Shown piece after piece: positions 1 through 10,417 of a stretch of 36,695 bases of DNA. Where the stretch lies: the IMG/VR virus record IMGVR_UViG_2531839665_000016, positions 1 through 36,695 of that record; one strand, 5' to 3'. Each line of letters starts with the position of its first letter. Within the stretch, counting starts at the first letter, position 1. This stretch comes from a virus. Lineage: Duplodnaviria; Heunggongvirae; Uroviricota; Caudoviricetes. The position numbers and the translations under genes are program-made. The notes below the pieces were generated by a model that worked only from the letters and a program-made list of their open reading frames with translations, was not told the DNA's origin and did no database searches.

Positions 1-534
1 CATATTCCCGCCCCCGAAACCACCATCGCACACAATTACAATGCCCGGTGTCTGTGTAAATGGAATCGGGAATGAAACATTGGCGGATACAGGCCCGTGT
101 TCACCAGGAAAACTAATTCGTCCCCACTGTTCAATTGAACCATCTGGCATTTTTCGCCAGCCTGAACCTGATGCATATGATGACATATCAGGTATCTGAT
201 TTTCCCCTGTTCCCACATTTCGTTTTGCCGCTTCTCCCAAACCAAGGTTTTCGAGAGCCGTTTTCACCGTGCCATCCGATTTGATATCGCCAAACGGATT
301 CTTGCGGCTTAACAGCAGCGCACGAAGCGCTGTAAGCAGCTGGTCATGCCGCCCCTTCTCCAGGCTGGCACCGGATGCCTCCACAACACTGCAAAGTTCC
401 TCCTGCAACATGTCAAAGTAGTCATCATCCAGATCGGTGGCAGGTGTGCCGGTCTGGGGGTTACCACGGGTAAAACCGTTCTTACCCGCGCCGAACTTAT
501 CCTTCTGCGCGGTTTTCGTGTCTATACGATGCAT
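1..534 (-). CDS. Tail fiber protein, partial (3' end beyond window)
   Basis: My own reverse-complement translation gives an open frame from ATG at 534 to base 1 with no stop ([46 protein letters not shown]...). Not in the ORF track because it runs off the window. Starts 3 nt after the upstream gene stop. N-terminus resembles side tail fiber proteins. Confidence 0.65.
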   Translation of the reverse strand, partial: MHRIDTKTAQKDKFGAGKNGFTRGNPQTGTPATDLDDDYFDMLQEELCSVVEASGASLEKGRHDQLLTALRALLLSRKNPFGDIKSDGTVKTALENLGLGEAAKRNVGTGENQIPDMSSYASGSGWRKMPDGSIEQWGRISFPGEHGPVSANVSFPIPFTQTPGIVIVCDGGFGGGNM

Positions 535-537
535 GGA

Positions 538-1122
538 TTACTCCGGATATTTAAAAATTACGTAGGTATGCGACGGGCAGAGTTTGTTAAGCACACATTC
601 GACAACGGTGTCGCCCCAGATACGCAGCGCGGAATCACAGGGATCGCCACATGTCATCCAGGTGGTGTTTGTGGCGGCTGGCATGTTGACCTGCCAGTAA
701 TACCGCCATTCCGGCGCATTCACCGCGTCAGTACAGACCGATGAGCAGGTGAACGTGCTTTTATCGTATCGCGTGATGTTGGCATCTGGTCTGCCCAGGG
801 CAGCAAGCTGTGCAAGATAAAAATTCTCGTTGATGCTGCCCGCCAGGTTAACCTTCGCATCCAGCCGTTGCTGACGCTGACGAAGGGTCTGTGTCCCTGC
901 GGGAATACATTCATCCGGCAGACCGCACAGACGCTCCCAGCGGTTTATCAGTTCAGTGGTGGTGCGCGGATCCAGCTCCCGCATCAGGGCATCCGCACGC
1001 TGATGAACACGGGTTAATGACGGTGCCGCACCGGCAATCGCCGGATCGCTGGCTGACCACGCCGGACCGGGCGGCAACAGTGCCGATAACAGGCGGATGT
1101 AATCATCGTTTGTCACGTCCAT
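538..1122 (-). CDS. Baseplate/tail protein, DUF2313-like (Mu gp48 / YmfQ-like)
   Basis: 194 aa ORF directly downstream of the baseplate J-like gene in a Mu-like tail gene order; family assignment from memory of YmfQ-like proteins. Confidence 0.55.
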   Translation of the reverse strand: MDVTNDDYIRLLSALLPPGPAWSASDPAIAGAAPSLTRVHQRADALMRELDPRTTTELINRWERLCGLPDECIPAGTQTLRQRQQRLDAKVNLAGSINENFYLAQLAALGRPDANITRYDKSTFTCSSVCTDAVNAPEWRYYWQVNMPAATNTTWMTCGDPCDSALRIWGDTVVECVLNKLCPSHTYVIFKYPE

Positions 1123-2171
1123 GAAATCGTCCCCAGTACCGCCAGTTCGTTTTTCGCAATGGAGATATTGTCCACCGGTGCAAGCAACTGATGGCTGTAT
1201 TCCCCGTTCGCACCGGAAATCGCCTCACTGATACGCGATACCTTCAGTTCTCCCTGCGGATAACCATCACGCAGCAGGAACGAACGCAACTCCGCGGTAA
1301 TGGCAGCCCGTATTTCTGGTGTGTCCGGCGTCACGCGGATATGAAAATCCACCGTATGTGCCACCGGCCTGAATACATACAAATCAGAGCCTGCCACCGG
1401 GGCCAGTGGCCCGATATGTTGTCTTGCTGCCGTTTCCGTTGATTCTTCCGGAATGGGATTAATCAGGTCACTGCTGGCAATCATCACACCGACAGTTCCC
1501 GTTCCCATCCAGTGACGGTATGTCCATGCGCGGGTAATGCCGGGCACTTCTTTAGCCCAAACGACATAGTCCCCGTCAGCCCCGCCCTGCGGCGTCCAGT
1601 AATACCGCTCAATGACGCGGGCGCGCCACGTTTCCAGCTCTTCAGTATCAAATCCGCCTGTAATGGTGTCAGCCACACCGGAAGACGGCAGACCATTCAC
1701 CGGCGTGACCAGGATTAATGCCGTACCGTCGTCAGCGTTACCGACCGCACCTGCACTTGAGCAGGCGATCGGCACGCGCAGGACACCACCGGAGCTGGTT
1801 GCATCGTCAGTTGTCGTGTACTGAACCAGGTCATCGCGCTGAATAACACTCCCGGCGGTCACCTTCAGGCCATCGCTGACACCTTCCCAGCGCATATACC
1901 CGCTGGCAGACGTGGCCCCCTTGCGCGGACACCGTTTCATCGCAGCATGTCGCGCCAGCCAGGACTCATCGCACAGGTCAGGCAGCATGTTCATTGCCAG
2001 ATAATCGATGTAACCGTAAACCGTATGCAGCGCCGCCGCATACACCTTTGCCCGCACGTCTTCATCCATGCGCCGGAGCGTGTCGCTGACGTCCAGCCTG
2101 GCGAATAAATCGTTACGGAGCATACTGATATTTTCTGCCAGCGTCGGGCGTTGAAATTCACTGTCCGCCAT
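1113..2171 (-). CDS. Baseplate J-like protein (Mu gp47-like)
   Basis: 352 aa; size and position between gp46-like and gp48-like genes; baseplate J family resemblance. Confidence 0.7.
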   Translation of the reverse strand: MADSEFQRPTLAENISMLRNDLFARLDVSDTLRRMDEDVRAKVYAAALHTVYGYIDYLAMNMLPDLCDESWLARHAAMKRCPRKGATSASGYMRWEGVSDGLKVTAGSVIQRDDLVQYTTTDDATSSGGVLRVPIACSSAGAVGNADDGTALILVTPVNGLPSSGVADTITGGFDTEELETWRARVIERYYWTPQGGADGDYVVWAKEVPGITRAWTYRHWMGTGTVGVMIASSDLINPIPEESTETAARQHIGPLAPVAGSDLYVFRPVAHTVDFHIRVTPDTPEIRAAITAELRSFLLRDGYPQGELKVSRISEAISGANGEYSHQLLAPVDNISIAKNELAVLGTISWT

Positions 2172-2586
2172 GCGTTATCGCACTCCACAGATCATCAAAA
2201 GAAATCATTACCGGTCCGTCACGACGCCAGAGGGTGATACTGTTACCCAGCTCATTAATCCCGGTGCGGCGGATATCCAGATCAATACGGGACACCACGC
2301 CGTCATCAATCATCCATTGCAGGCATTCGCGGATATATCCCCTTACCGTCTGCCCCAGCTGATTGGTCAGTTTGCTGCGCTGAAGCAGCCACAGTCGGGA
2401 GCCGTAACGGTCATTCTGTACCGCAGGCCAGGTATCCCCCCACCATCCCATCGGGACGTCGGCATTGTCATCAGGTTCAGCCCGCCGCCAGGTGAACAGG
2501 GAAATCACCACGGCACGGGTCAGCGGATCCAGCGGTGCGCTGGCGCAGGTGCGTTTACCGTTCACCGTCAGCCACAGTTCCATCAT
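2158..2586 (-). CDS. Baseplate protein, Mu gp46-like
   Basis: 142 aa ORF in the conserved gp45-gp46-gp47 order; 4-14 nt overlaps with neighbours suggest translational coupling. Confidence 0.55.
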   Translation of the reverse strand: MMELWLTVNGKRTCASAPLDPLTRAVVISLFTWRRAEPDDNADVPMGWWGDTWPAVQNDRYGSRLWLLQRSKLTNQLGQTVRGYIRECLQWMIDDGVVSRIDLDIRRTGINELGNSITLWRRDGPVMISFDDLWSAITHGGQ

Positions 2587-3131
2587 GCCTCCATCGCTTT
2601 ATCAGGTTTGTCGGTGTTACTGCCCTGACCGTTCTCTCTGTGACGATGCCCGTTATAGGCAAGCCGCATCGCTGACATGGTGGTGCCGGTGGAGTCGCAC
2701 AGGTCTTTCACCTGTCCGGTCACTTCCAGGTCCATTTCAAAACGAGCCTTAGGCGCATTGCGAAACGTGATTGTTTTACCTGCACCGTCCACCACGATCC
2801 CCTCCCGGGTCAGCGTCACGGACTGCCCCTGATCGTCATAGACAGCCACCTCCCCCGTATGCAGCCCTTTCAGGCGGTAGCGCCGGTCCGACACCGTAAC
2901 AACCACCGCATGAGAACGGTCGCCATCCGGAAACAACACCACCGCTTCCGCACCGCTGTTTGCCCTTGCGGTAAAACCGTAGGGTTCAAGATGTTCAACC
3001 CCGGCTTTGGGTTCACCGGCAATCAGGGACACATCCACGGTCTGACATTTCGTGGCGGCACTGATGCTTTTCACCACTGCCCGCCCAATCAGGCCGAGAA
3101 GTTGTCGCTGCATGGCTTCAATCGTCCTCAT
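2583..3131 (-). CDS. Baseplate assembly protein V / spike-like (Mu gp45-like)
   Basis: 182 aa; position immediately downstream of the gpP-like gene. Confidence 0.55.
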   Translation of the reverse strand: MRTIEAMQRQLLGLIGRAVVKSISAATKCQTVDVSLIAGEPKAGVEHLEPYGFTARANSGAEAVVLFPDGDRSHAVVVTVSDRRYRLKGLHTGEVAVYDDQGQSVTLTREGIVVDGAGKTITFRNAPKARFEMDLEVTGQVKDLCDSTGTTMSAMRLAYNGHRHRENGQGSNTDKPDKAMEA

Positions 3132-4210
3132 CAGAACGGGTCCTCCTGTACTCTGGCTTTTTTCTTTTTCCGCGCGCCGGGGTCTTCAGGTTCAGGCAGA
3201 TAAGCATCAGGCGGGCCGACACGGATTTCCGTCAGGGTGCCGTTCTGGTCCTGAGTAAACGTGACTTCCGAAACAAGCAGTTCGGTATTGTCAAAACCAC
3301 AGACCGGATCAAAGACAATCACCCGCTGGTTGGGTTGCCACAGCGTACCGTTACCCTGTCGCCAGCCCTGCACCACATAGGTGGTTTCATCCGTCCGCGC
3401 CGCCCGTTGCCGGGCTTCAAAGTCAGCACGCGCAATACAGCCTGCCCCCGTAGCCTGCCCTGTCTGCCTGATATACATCGGACGGTAACGGGCAATAAAT
3501 GCGTCCTCTGTGCGGGCCCGCAGCGCGGTGGTGGTGGCCTCACCGAAATCATCGTCGTTTCCGGTACGCTGCCCCGCCACCTGGTAAACAGAAAACCGCT
3601 CCCGGATACTCTTCTCCGTATCGCAGGAAAGGATGTTTTCCCCAAGTACCAGCGCGGTATGTGCCCGCGTTGAGCCAATACCGCCAATCACCAGCCTGCC
3701 GTGCGGATCGTCGTAAGCCAGTGCCTGCTGCTGACCGAGTATTTTGTTGATTACCTCAATCACCGTTTCACCGTGATCAGGCTGGACATCAGGAATAACA
3801 CCCGACGGCGCACCGCTGTTCACCACCTCAATGCCGAAAGGCGCAGCAAGCGCCTGCGCAATCTGTACCAGCGATCGTCCGTTAAACTGTGTCGGTTCGG
3901 CTGCACAGTCAATCAGGTCAGCGGTCAGACTGCGTCCGGCAATACCTGTGCTGACCGAACGGGCATCGTAACGAACGGGAGTCGCCTCCACCCAGCCGGT
4001 GATCACCCGCTCATCACCAATCAGCACTTCCACTTTTGAACCGTTTTTAATGCGCGGCTGAAGCGTGGTGATACCCTCATCTCCCGGCCACTGGCGGGTG
4101 ATCTCCACACTGAAATCCCGCGCCAGCCGTTCAATACCGGCACCGATGCGCACCGATGTCCAGCCATTCCACTCCCGGCCATTTACCCGTAGCGTGACGT
4201 TATCGTTCAT
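3131..4210 (-). CDS. Tail protein, Mu gpP / P2 gpD-like (baseplate hub)
   Basis: 359 aa; position between the DNA circulation (gpN-like) gene and baseplate genes; Lys-rich C-terminal tail (ARKKKKARVQEDPF). Confidence 0.55.
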   Translation of the reverse strand: MNDNVTLRVNGREWNGWTSVRIGAGIERLARDFSVEITRQWPGDEGITTLQPRIKNGSKVEVLIGDERVITGWVEATPVRYDARSVSTGIAGRSLTADLIDCAAEPTQFNGRSLVQIAQALAAPFGIEVVNSGAPSGVIPDVQPDHGETVIEVINKILGQQQALAYDDPHGRLVIGGIGSTRAHTALVLGENILSCDTEKSIRERFSVYQVAGQRTGNDDDFGEATTTALRARTEDAFIARYRPMYIRQTGQATGAGCIARADFEARQRAARTDETTYVVQGWRQGNGTLWQPNQRVIVFDPVCGFDNTELLVSEVTFTQDQNGTLTEIRVGPPDAYLPEPEDPGARKKKKARVQEDPF

Positions 4211-5577
4211 TGCACTGGCACCTTCAGAGGGATCACCGGCACAAAGCCGGGATGCGTAATAGCATTACGCCGGATAATGTCCGCGTCACGCGTCGCGTTA
4301 TCAAACCAGGTCGCCGCCAGCACCAGCGCGGGTAAAACCTCATCCGGTGTGCGCTGAATGATCCGTGCAGACTGTTCAAGGCGCGTGTTGATATCCGCAT
4401 TCAGATCTGCTTTCACCCGGCGCAGCGCCAGAAACAGCGCATCACTGGTTGTACGGGACAACTCCTTATCAATTGCCGTATTCAGTGTGTCGCGAATGTC
4501 AGTCAGTTCTTCCCACGTCGGCAGATCAACCGTGTTTTTCATCGCCGGTGCATTGTTCAGTGCCGGATGCGTGACGGAAGGCCAGCCGGTGCTCTGTGCA
4601 GCTGTTGTTGCCTGCCCCACTGCGGCATTCTGCATCACCGCGGAAGTTGTTGGCGCAGGCAATCGGGTGACGGCATACGCCGCTTCGCTGATTGCGGTCG
4701 TACGAAGGGTGCTGGCAACCACGTTACGCTGCTGCGTCGCCGTAGCGGTGGTTTTACTGTCCGTTTTCCAGACGCCGCGCGGTTGCAGATCACTGCCGAG
4801 GCTGACACCGGAAAGCGTTTTGATCATGGTGACCAGATCGCTGGCGTTACCATAAAGGCGTTTCCCGGTACGCCACATTTTCTGCACCTGCTCAACGAAA
4901 TTTTTGCCTGACGATGGCGGCGGCAGAAGTACCGAGATATCCCCCTGCAACAGCCTGGCGGCATCCGATACGGCAGAATCCACCACTTTCATCGCATCAG
5001 AAACATACCCCAGCATTATGCTGGCATTACCAATAACGTCGTTCTGCACGAAATCCGCCACGCCATCGATACTGAAACCGCTGAAGCTGTCACTGATGCA
5101 GTCATCCAGTGCAGAACAGGATGACATCAGCGTCTGCGCCGTCGCCGCACCTGAAGTGGGGTAAGAGAGTTCTCCCGCTTCGACAAACTTCAGGTCAAAG
5201 CGGACAATACGCCCTTCACTCTTCGATGTGCTGACCCGAACCTCTCCGTCAACACAGACTTTCAGCTCACCGTAAGTCGGATGGACAAGCGTGCCGGGAC
5301 CGGGTTTATTCAGCGCGTCAATCAGGCGATCGCGCTGGTCAAAGCAGTCATCTCCCACCACATAAGCCGTGATGGACGGGCGGAAAGTGATTTTCCCCAG
5401 GTCTTCGGTATAGGGTTTGTCGCGGTTCGGGTATTCGTGCGTTTCCACACGACGACCGGTTCCCGTACTTTCTTCTTCAACCTTAAACGGCACACCGCGA
5501 AATGACGCGTCCTGAAGTCTGTCTTTCCACGTCATATAAACTCCGTACATAAAAAATCCCACCGGAGTGGGACTCAT
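4207..5577 (-). CDS. DNA circulation protein (Mu gpN-like)
   Basis: 456 aa; N-terminus (WKDRLQDASFRGVPFKVEEES...THEYPNRDKPYTEDLG) resembles Mu N-family proteins; lies directly downstream of the tape measure gene. Confidence 0.6.
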   Translation of the reverse strand: MSPTPVGFFMYGVYMTWKDRLQDASFRGVPFKVEEESTGTGRRVETHEYPNRDKPYTEDLGKITFRPSITAYVVGDDCFDQRDRLIDALNKPGPGTLVHPTYGELKVCVDGEVRVSTSKSEGRIVRFDLKFVEAGELSYPTSGAATAQTLMSSCSALDDCISDSFSGFSIDGVADFVQNDVIGNASIMLGYVSDAMKVVDSAVSDAARLLQGDISVLLPPPSSGKNFVEQVQKMWRTGKRLYGNASDLVTMIKTLSGVSLGSDLQPRGVWKTDSKTTATATQQRNVVASTLRTTAISEAAYAVTRLPAPTTSAVMQNAAVGQATTAAQSTGWPSVTHPALNNAPAMKNTVDLPTWEELTDIRDTLNTAIDKELSRTTSDALFLALRRVKADLNADINTRLEQSARIIQRTPDEVLPALVLAATWFDNATRDADIIRRNAITHPGFVPVIPLKVPVQ

Positions 5578-5595
5578 TAACAGATTAATTTTTCA

Positions 5596-7431
5596 TTACC
5601 TGCCAAAGCGCGTATAGCCAACATCATGGCTGACATCAAAACCGCTGGATCGCGTTTCCATAACCCGCATACCCGGAGGCGAATTCACAAAAGAGACCTT
5701 GATCTCACCATCAACTTTTGGCGCAGAAGCTTTGTTAATCATGAAGGGATTCGAGCCTGTGGCATCGGAGGCGTTGTTTGCCTGAGCCGGATCCACCGCC
5801 GGATAAGGAGTGTATCCCCGTGCCGGTATTCCCGTCCCATAAGCATCATAAGCACCCGCGCCCCACTGCGCCGAGTTAATGGCATCGACCGTGTCACCGG
5901 AACTGTCGGTAAACCATTCAATAATCGGCTTCAGCTTATCCCACATATCCTGAAACCACTTAACAACCGGTCCCCAGTTATTGATCACCATCCCCAGCGG
6001 CGACCAGGCAAAAACCTTCTTCAGAAGTTCCCAACCTGCCTCAAAATAAGGACCAATGGTTTCCCAGAGCTTCTTGAAATAAGGTCCGACAACATCCCAG
6101 TTAGTGATAATTAATCCCGCAGCCAGAGCAATCGCCGTCGCAATCATGCCAATCGGCGTCATCGACATAATCCTGCTGACAATACTGATGGCACTGCCCA
6201 CGCCCATCAATCCCAGTTTCAGAATCGCAAGACCGGCAGCAAGCCCGACGACGCCGCGAATAACCCGGGGATTTTCATCCGCAAACTTCGTGAATTTCTC
6301 CCCCAACTCCCCCAGCCATTGTGTGATATTTTTAGCGTCACCAGAAAATGCGCCGCCAATAGCCGCAAGGCCGTTAGTTGCGGTCCCTGTCATTGCCTCC
6401 CACAGGTTGGACAGCGTACCAAGCTGTGCCTGAACACGTTTATTCAGGCTGGCCTGTTTATTCATCTTCTGCTGGATCTGATCGTAACCATCCTTTCCTT
6501 TATCGATCAGAGCATTGACCACCTGAAGGGTTTCGGCATCATCACCAAATATTGCCTTAAGTACACCTGTTCGCTTAACGTCGGTCAGTTTTCGCAGCTT
6601 TGCCAGTTGCCTGAACATGTTATCAAGACCGCCAAAACTCCCTTTGCCGTCAGTAAAATCGAGCTGCACTCCGAGTTTCTGGCGGGCCATGACTTTATTG
6701 ACGTCCCTGATTTTCTTAACGCTTAATCCGGACTGGATAACTTTTCGCAGGGCATTACCTGCCGACTCCCCGTTCATCCCCATCTGATCCATCATGACGC
6801 TGATAGGGGCAAGGCTCTGTGCAGCCTGAAGACCGTCCTTGTTCACCATCTTCAGAACAGAACTGGTTTTAGTGAAGAAGGACAACATGTTGGTATCGTC
6901 AACGCCCAGATAAAACGCCTTCTGGATAGTGTCGAACAGCCCCATCATGTCTTCTGACGCCGTTCCGGTAGCATCCTGCATCTTTGCAGCAAACTCAGCA
7001 GCCGCTTCCGGTGTTTTTTTCAGTTGTACCGCAAGATAAGCTGTCGCTTTACCCACACCACCCAGAATGTTTTCTGCCGGGATCCCCTGACGCACCAGCA
7101 TCTGCATCATGTTCTGGAAATCAGCCGTTGTACCGGGTAGCTGGTTACCCAGGCCAATAGCCAGTTTATTGATGTCCTGAAAGCGCTTTCCGACCTCGCC
7201 GTTCGCATCCATCATGGCGACTTTCAGCCCGGTGGCGGCGTTTTCCTGATCGGCATAAGATTTCAGGGAAAGCGTCAGACCCGCTGCCAGTCCGCCACCA
7301 AGCGCCAGCCCACCCTGTGATGCTTCTTCCGCCTGGCGTTTAAATCCCCGGATTTTCTTTTGCATTTTCGACAGCGCGGGAGAAAGTCTGTCGACACCGG
7401 TGATCAACGCCTTAAGCTCAAATTCAGCCAT
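5596..7431 (-). CDS. Tail tape measure protein
   Basis: 611 aa; Ala/Gly/Leu-rich with a C-terminal hydrophobic segment; located between chaperone and gpN-like genes. Confidence 0.75.
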   Translation of the reverse strand: MAEFELKALITGVDRLSPALSKMQKKIRGFKRQAEEASQGGLALGGGLAAGLTLSLKSYADQENAATGLKVAMMDANGEVGKRFQDINKLAIGLGNQLPGTTADFQNMMQMLVRQGIPAENILGGVGKATAYLAVQLKKTPEAAAEFAAKMQDATGTASEDMMGLFDTIQKAFYLGVDDTNMLSFFTKTSSVLKMVNKDGLQAAQSLAPISVMMDQMGMNGESAGNALRKVIQSGLSVKKIRDVNKVMARQKLGVQLDFTDGKGSFGGLDNMFRQLAKLRKLTDVKRTGVLKAIFGDDAETLQVVNALIDKGKDGYDQIQQKMNKQASLNKRVQAQLGTLSNLWEAMTGTATNGLAAIGGAFSGDAKNITQWLGELGEKFTKFADENPRVIRGVVGLAAGLAILKLGLMGVGSAISIVSRIMSMTPIGMIATAIALAAGLIITNWDVVGPYFKKLWETIGPYFEAGWELLKKVFAWSPLGMVINNWGPVVKWFQDMWDKLKPIIEWFTDSSGDTVDAINSAQWGAGAYDAYGTGIPARGYTPYPAVDPAQANNASDATGSNPFMINKASAPKVDGEIKVSFVNSPPGMRVMETRSSGFDVSHDVGYTRFGR

Positions 7432-7606
7432 GTGTGCGTTTCTCCTGCTCTATCCTGTTTGCCTGACTGACCAGCAAGGGAATTTCACTGATCGGCATAT
7501 TCAGCAATTCGAAGGGATTAATGCGCCAGTAGCTGGCGCAGTCAAAGAAGCGATCAGTGAGGTATTCAGCCGTCAGGCCTGGAGGAAAAAACCAGCCACA
7601 AGCCAC
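7424..7606 (-). CDS. Putative -1 frameshift extension of the tail assembly chaperone (G/GT-like)
   Basis: -1 frame ORF overlapping the 3' end of the chaperone and ending at the tape measure start; slippery heptamer T_TTT_TTC on the minus strand at about 7585-7591. Confidence 0.4.
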   Translation of the reverse strand: MACGWFFPPGLTAEYLTDRFFDCASYWRINPFELLNMPISEIPLLVSQANRIEQEKRTHG

Positions 7607-7842
7607 GCCGCAGCATTCAGGTCTGCCGGAGACATCTGGTCGACAGAGTTTTGCGGCACTTTCGCCAGCCGCACAATGTATTTCGATACCACATGCGCCA
7701 GAAGTCTGACGGACTCATCCTGATTCATCTGGTAGGGATACCCCAGCTCGCGGACATCTTTCCCGGTGGGCTCATCAAACTCCAGTACGGAGAGTGTCTC
7801 GCCATGAGCGGTAATCGGTTTCTTTAACTCAAGCTCTTTCAT
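7573..7842 (-). CDS. Tail assembly chaperone
   Basis: 89 aa ORF between tail tube and tape measure genes; ends just after a TTTTTTC slippery run. Confidence 0.55.
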   Translation of the reverse strand: MKELELKKPITAHGETLSVLEFDEPTGKDVRELGYPYQMNQDESVRLLAHVVSKYIVRLAKVPQNSVDQMSPADLNAAAWLVAGFFLQA

Positions 7843-8198
7843 TACTGGTAATCCCCTTCTTCACCGTGGAACTCAAGATCAACCGTCCCTTCTTCGGCAT
7901 TATGGTTCGCTTCGCCGTGCAGCCAGGCAGACGACAGTACATAGACCTGACCGTTCGCCAGCTCGGCAGTGATGGTCATCTCATCAGACGAGGTGATTTT
8001 GCTCACCGGAAAATTCTTCGGCACCTTGAAGGTCCCTTTAACATAAGGCGCACGGTGAGTTTCCTTGCGGTCCACTGAACCGTCCAGGCCGATGATGTCA
8101 TCATTGACCGTCCTGTTCATGGGCACCTCAATGCCGCCGGTCAGCGATAGCTGCTGACCGTCAATTTTGAAATAACAGGTTCCCCCGATACGGGCCAT
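7842..8198 (-). CDS. Tail tube protein (Mu gpM-like)
   Basis: 118 aa ORF immediately downstream of the sheath gene with a stop/start overlap. Confidence 0.6.
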   Translation of the reverse strand: MARIGGTCYFKIDGQQLSLTGGIEVPMNRTVNDDIIGLDGSVDRKETHRAPYVKGTFKVPKNFPVSKITSSDEMTITAELANGQVYVLSSAWLHGEANHNAEEGTVDLEFHGEEGDYQ

Positions 8199-9694
8199 TA
8201 TGCAGACTCCTCTGAATACTGAAGACGGAACTGGTTAACCACGGCAAAGACACGCAACTGGTTAACATAGTCAGGCGGGAACAGCGTGTTCAGGCGGTTC
8301 GGATCGCTGGCATCACGCTCCACAACCAGGTACTGCTTAAACAGTTCGTAGTTTTCCACGATCCCCGCACGCTCAAGCTGACGGTAGGTTGCCAGCAGTT
8401 CCCCTTTGATCACCGCCGGGGTGACAATCGCCTGACCGGGACCAAAGCGGGTACCGTCGCTGGCAAGCTTGTGACGCCCGTACTTACTGGTAATGACGGA
8501 TTTCAGTTTGCGCAGTACATACGCACTGGTATGCAGCGTCTCGCTGTCGAGGTAGCTGTTATCCGCAACCCCGTAAGCGTTTTTCCTGTACGTGGTGACA
8601 TCACGCTGAATGCGCAGTACCCCGCTTTCGACATACGCCGTTGCCACGCCATGAGACAGCAGGGTCTGTTGTTCGGTCATCGTGAACCGTTTCCCCTTCG
8701 GCGCAGGCAGCATACCCACCAGCTCACCGGTCTGCGTGGGACGTGCCGGATCGTTGCGGATAAACACCGCTGCGCGGGCGGTACGGCTTGCCGCCAGCTC
8801 GTCGGCAGGCGTCTGGGTGTCTTTTTCGTACCCCGCCAGGGTAATGTGCTGCTGGTTAAACTGGTCACCTGCGGTCACCAGTTCTGACAGCGTGCCGATC
8901 TTTGCCGTATACACATGACCATACAGCTGACGCGCATAGCTCCAGCGACCGCTGGTATCGTTCATCTCGGTCACCAGCGTGTTAACGGAGGCCGTGTCGT
9001 TGAACGGCAGGCCGATATAATCAAACGGCTCATCCGCCATTGCAGCCACCGCGCCGGTGAGAACCGGAGCACCCGTTCCGGCGGTACCCGTCGCCACGGC
9101 AATCTGTACGCCCGCTGGCAGCACTTCGCCCCCACCAAAGCCGTAGTAATTGAGGCTGACAGGAATTTCATTCCCGCAAAGCCCCTTATGACGCGCGGTC
9201 AGTGTAACCACGCCTGCCGAAGATGAAGCCGTAAACGGCAGGGCCGGAACGGCATTGATGGCATCCTGGATACTGCTGGCAATCATCGTGACGTTATCGC
9301 CGTTAGTCACCGGTGCCTGCACGCGGGTACGTCCCACATACACATTCACCGTGCCGGTTTCGGTTGCCGCCCCGGTCACCGTCAGCGTAACCGTTGCCGC
9401 CGCGCCTGTGGATTCAGGAACGGCAATCACATACAGCTCGCCAAACGGGTCGGTCTGGCGATAAGCCTCGACCATACGCGCCAGCTGACTTCCCGCACCA
9501 CAAATCTGGCGTGCATAGTCTGCCGACGACATCAGTACCAGACTGTTGGCAACAATCTCTGCACCGTTATTGGCATGACCAATCAGCAGCGATGCTCCGC
9601 TGTCCTGTGCAGTATTCGCCGCCTGGTTATCCATTTCCGCATAAAACAGCGGAACCAGCGTATTCGACGGAATGGTGTTAAAGCTTATCGTCAT
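8198..9694 (-). CDS. Contractile tail sheath protein (Mu gpL-like)
   Basis: 498 aa; size and position upstream of tube; sheath-like composition. Confidence 0.8.
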   Translation of the reverse strand: MTISFNTIPSNTLVPLFYAEMDNQAANTAQDSGASLLIGHANNGAEIVANSLVLMSSADYARQICGAGSQLARMVEAYRQTDPFGELYVIAVPESTGAAATVTLTVTGAATETGTVNVYVGRTRVQAPVTNGDNVTMIASSIQDAINAVPALPFTASSSAGVVTLTARHKGLCGNEIPVSLNYYGFGGGEVLPAGVQIAVATGTAGTGAPVLTGAVAAMADEPFDYIGLPFNDTASVNTLVTEMNDTSGRWSYARQLYGHVYTAKIGTLSELVTAGDQFNQQHITLAGYEKDTQTPADELAASRTARAAVFIRNDPARPTQTGELVGMLPAPKGKRFTMTEQQTLLSHGVATAYVESGVLRIQRDVTTYRKNAYGVADNSYLDSETLHTSAYVLRKLKSVITSKYGRHKLASDGTRFGPGQAIVTPAVIKGELLATYRQLERAGIVENYELFKQYLVVERDASDPNRLNTLFPPDYVNQLRVFAVVNQFRLQYSEESA

Positions 9695-9848
9695 CGGTGT
9701 TCACCTTTTTATTCACGCGCCGGATATCACCCGCTGCTTCACGGCGCAGCCAGTAGTTGTTCTCGTCAACATTTCGCCCTTCGGCGGGCAAAAGGTCGCC
9801 GCGGGCAGGGTCAGGAACTGACCGCCCTTTAACAGGTTTGACAAACAT
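9678..9848 (-). CDS. Small hypothetical protein upstream of sheath (DUF2635-like?)
   Basis: 56 aa ORF found by my own translation (MFVKPVKGRSVPDPARGDLLPAEGRNVDENNYWLRREAAGDIRRVNKKVNTDDDKL); below the ORF-track size cut-off; overlaps the sheath start. Confidence 0.35.
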   Translation of the reverse strand: MFVKPVKGRSVPDPARGDLLPAEGRNVDENNYWLRREAAGDIRRVNKKVNTDDDKL

Positions 9849-9856
9849 GAGGATCC

Positions 9857-10417
9857 TCAGGAAGGAAGGGTTATTTCGGTGTGATGTTCGATATCGCCGT
9901 CAGGCCCGTTACCGGGCTCGAGATAATCAACATCAATCGCCAGCGTTTGCAGTTCATCCAGACTGTTCAGATCATCCTGCTGGCGGGTATCGTCTTCAGT
10001 CAGCTCGCTGATGACCGAAAAATCGAACTGATAAATCAGCTCATGACGATTCAGATCCAGCAGCGTGCCGCCGTCATAGGTAATCGGGTTACCGCACGCC
10101 TCCGGGTTCCAGCCCAGCAGAGCCTTAAAGAGCATCTGCCGGACATCGTCCACCACATCATACGAAGCAAACTGACCGCGCTCATCACGCCCGTTACTCA
10201 GTATGACAACCACGGAGAAGCCCTCTTTCAGCTCCTGCCAGTAGTCGGTCTGGCTTTTGTTTTCTCCCGGAGAGTCATCACCCGGTACCACATACGCCGC
10301 CGGGAGTCTCAGCTTTCCGACCTCCGGCAGATTTTTGAACTGTGCCGCGCCTGCCACCCGGTTTTCAAAATACGGGCAGCGGGCACGCAGCGCAGCAATA
10401 ACAGGCGTCAGTTTCAT
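9857..10417 (-). CDS. Virion protein, Mu gp37-like (DUF1834-like)
   Basis: 186 aa acidic protein between the head-tail joining genes and the sheath. Confidence 0.45.
   Translation of the reverse strand: MKLTPVIAALRARCPYFENRVAGAAQFKNLPEVGKLRLPAAYVVPGDDSPGENKSQTDYWQELKEGFSVVVILSNGRDERGQFASYDVVDDVRQMLFKALLGWNPEACGNPITYDGGTLLDLNRHELIYQFDFSVISELTEDDTRQQDDLNSLDELQTLAIDVDYLEPGNGPDGDIEHHTEITLPS

Noticed and set aside
346-744. 132-aa plus-strand ORF (and 36-245 minus-strand, 720-914 minus-strand, 891-1124 plus-strand ORFs) in the tail fiber / DUF2313 region
   Set aside because: They overlap, in other frames or antisense, the syntenic minus-strand tail genes, including the tail fiber ORF that runs off the window start. 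Likely spurious ORFs in GC-rich sequence.
4358-6726. Several 100-165-aa plus-strand ORFs inside the DNA circulation and tape measure genes
   Set aside because: Antisense to long, well-supported minus-strand structural genes; amino-acid composition typical of spurious GC-rich frames.
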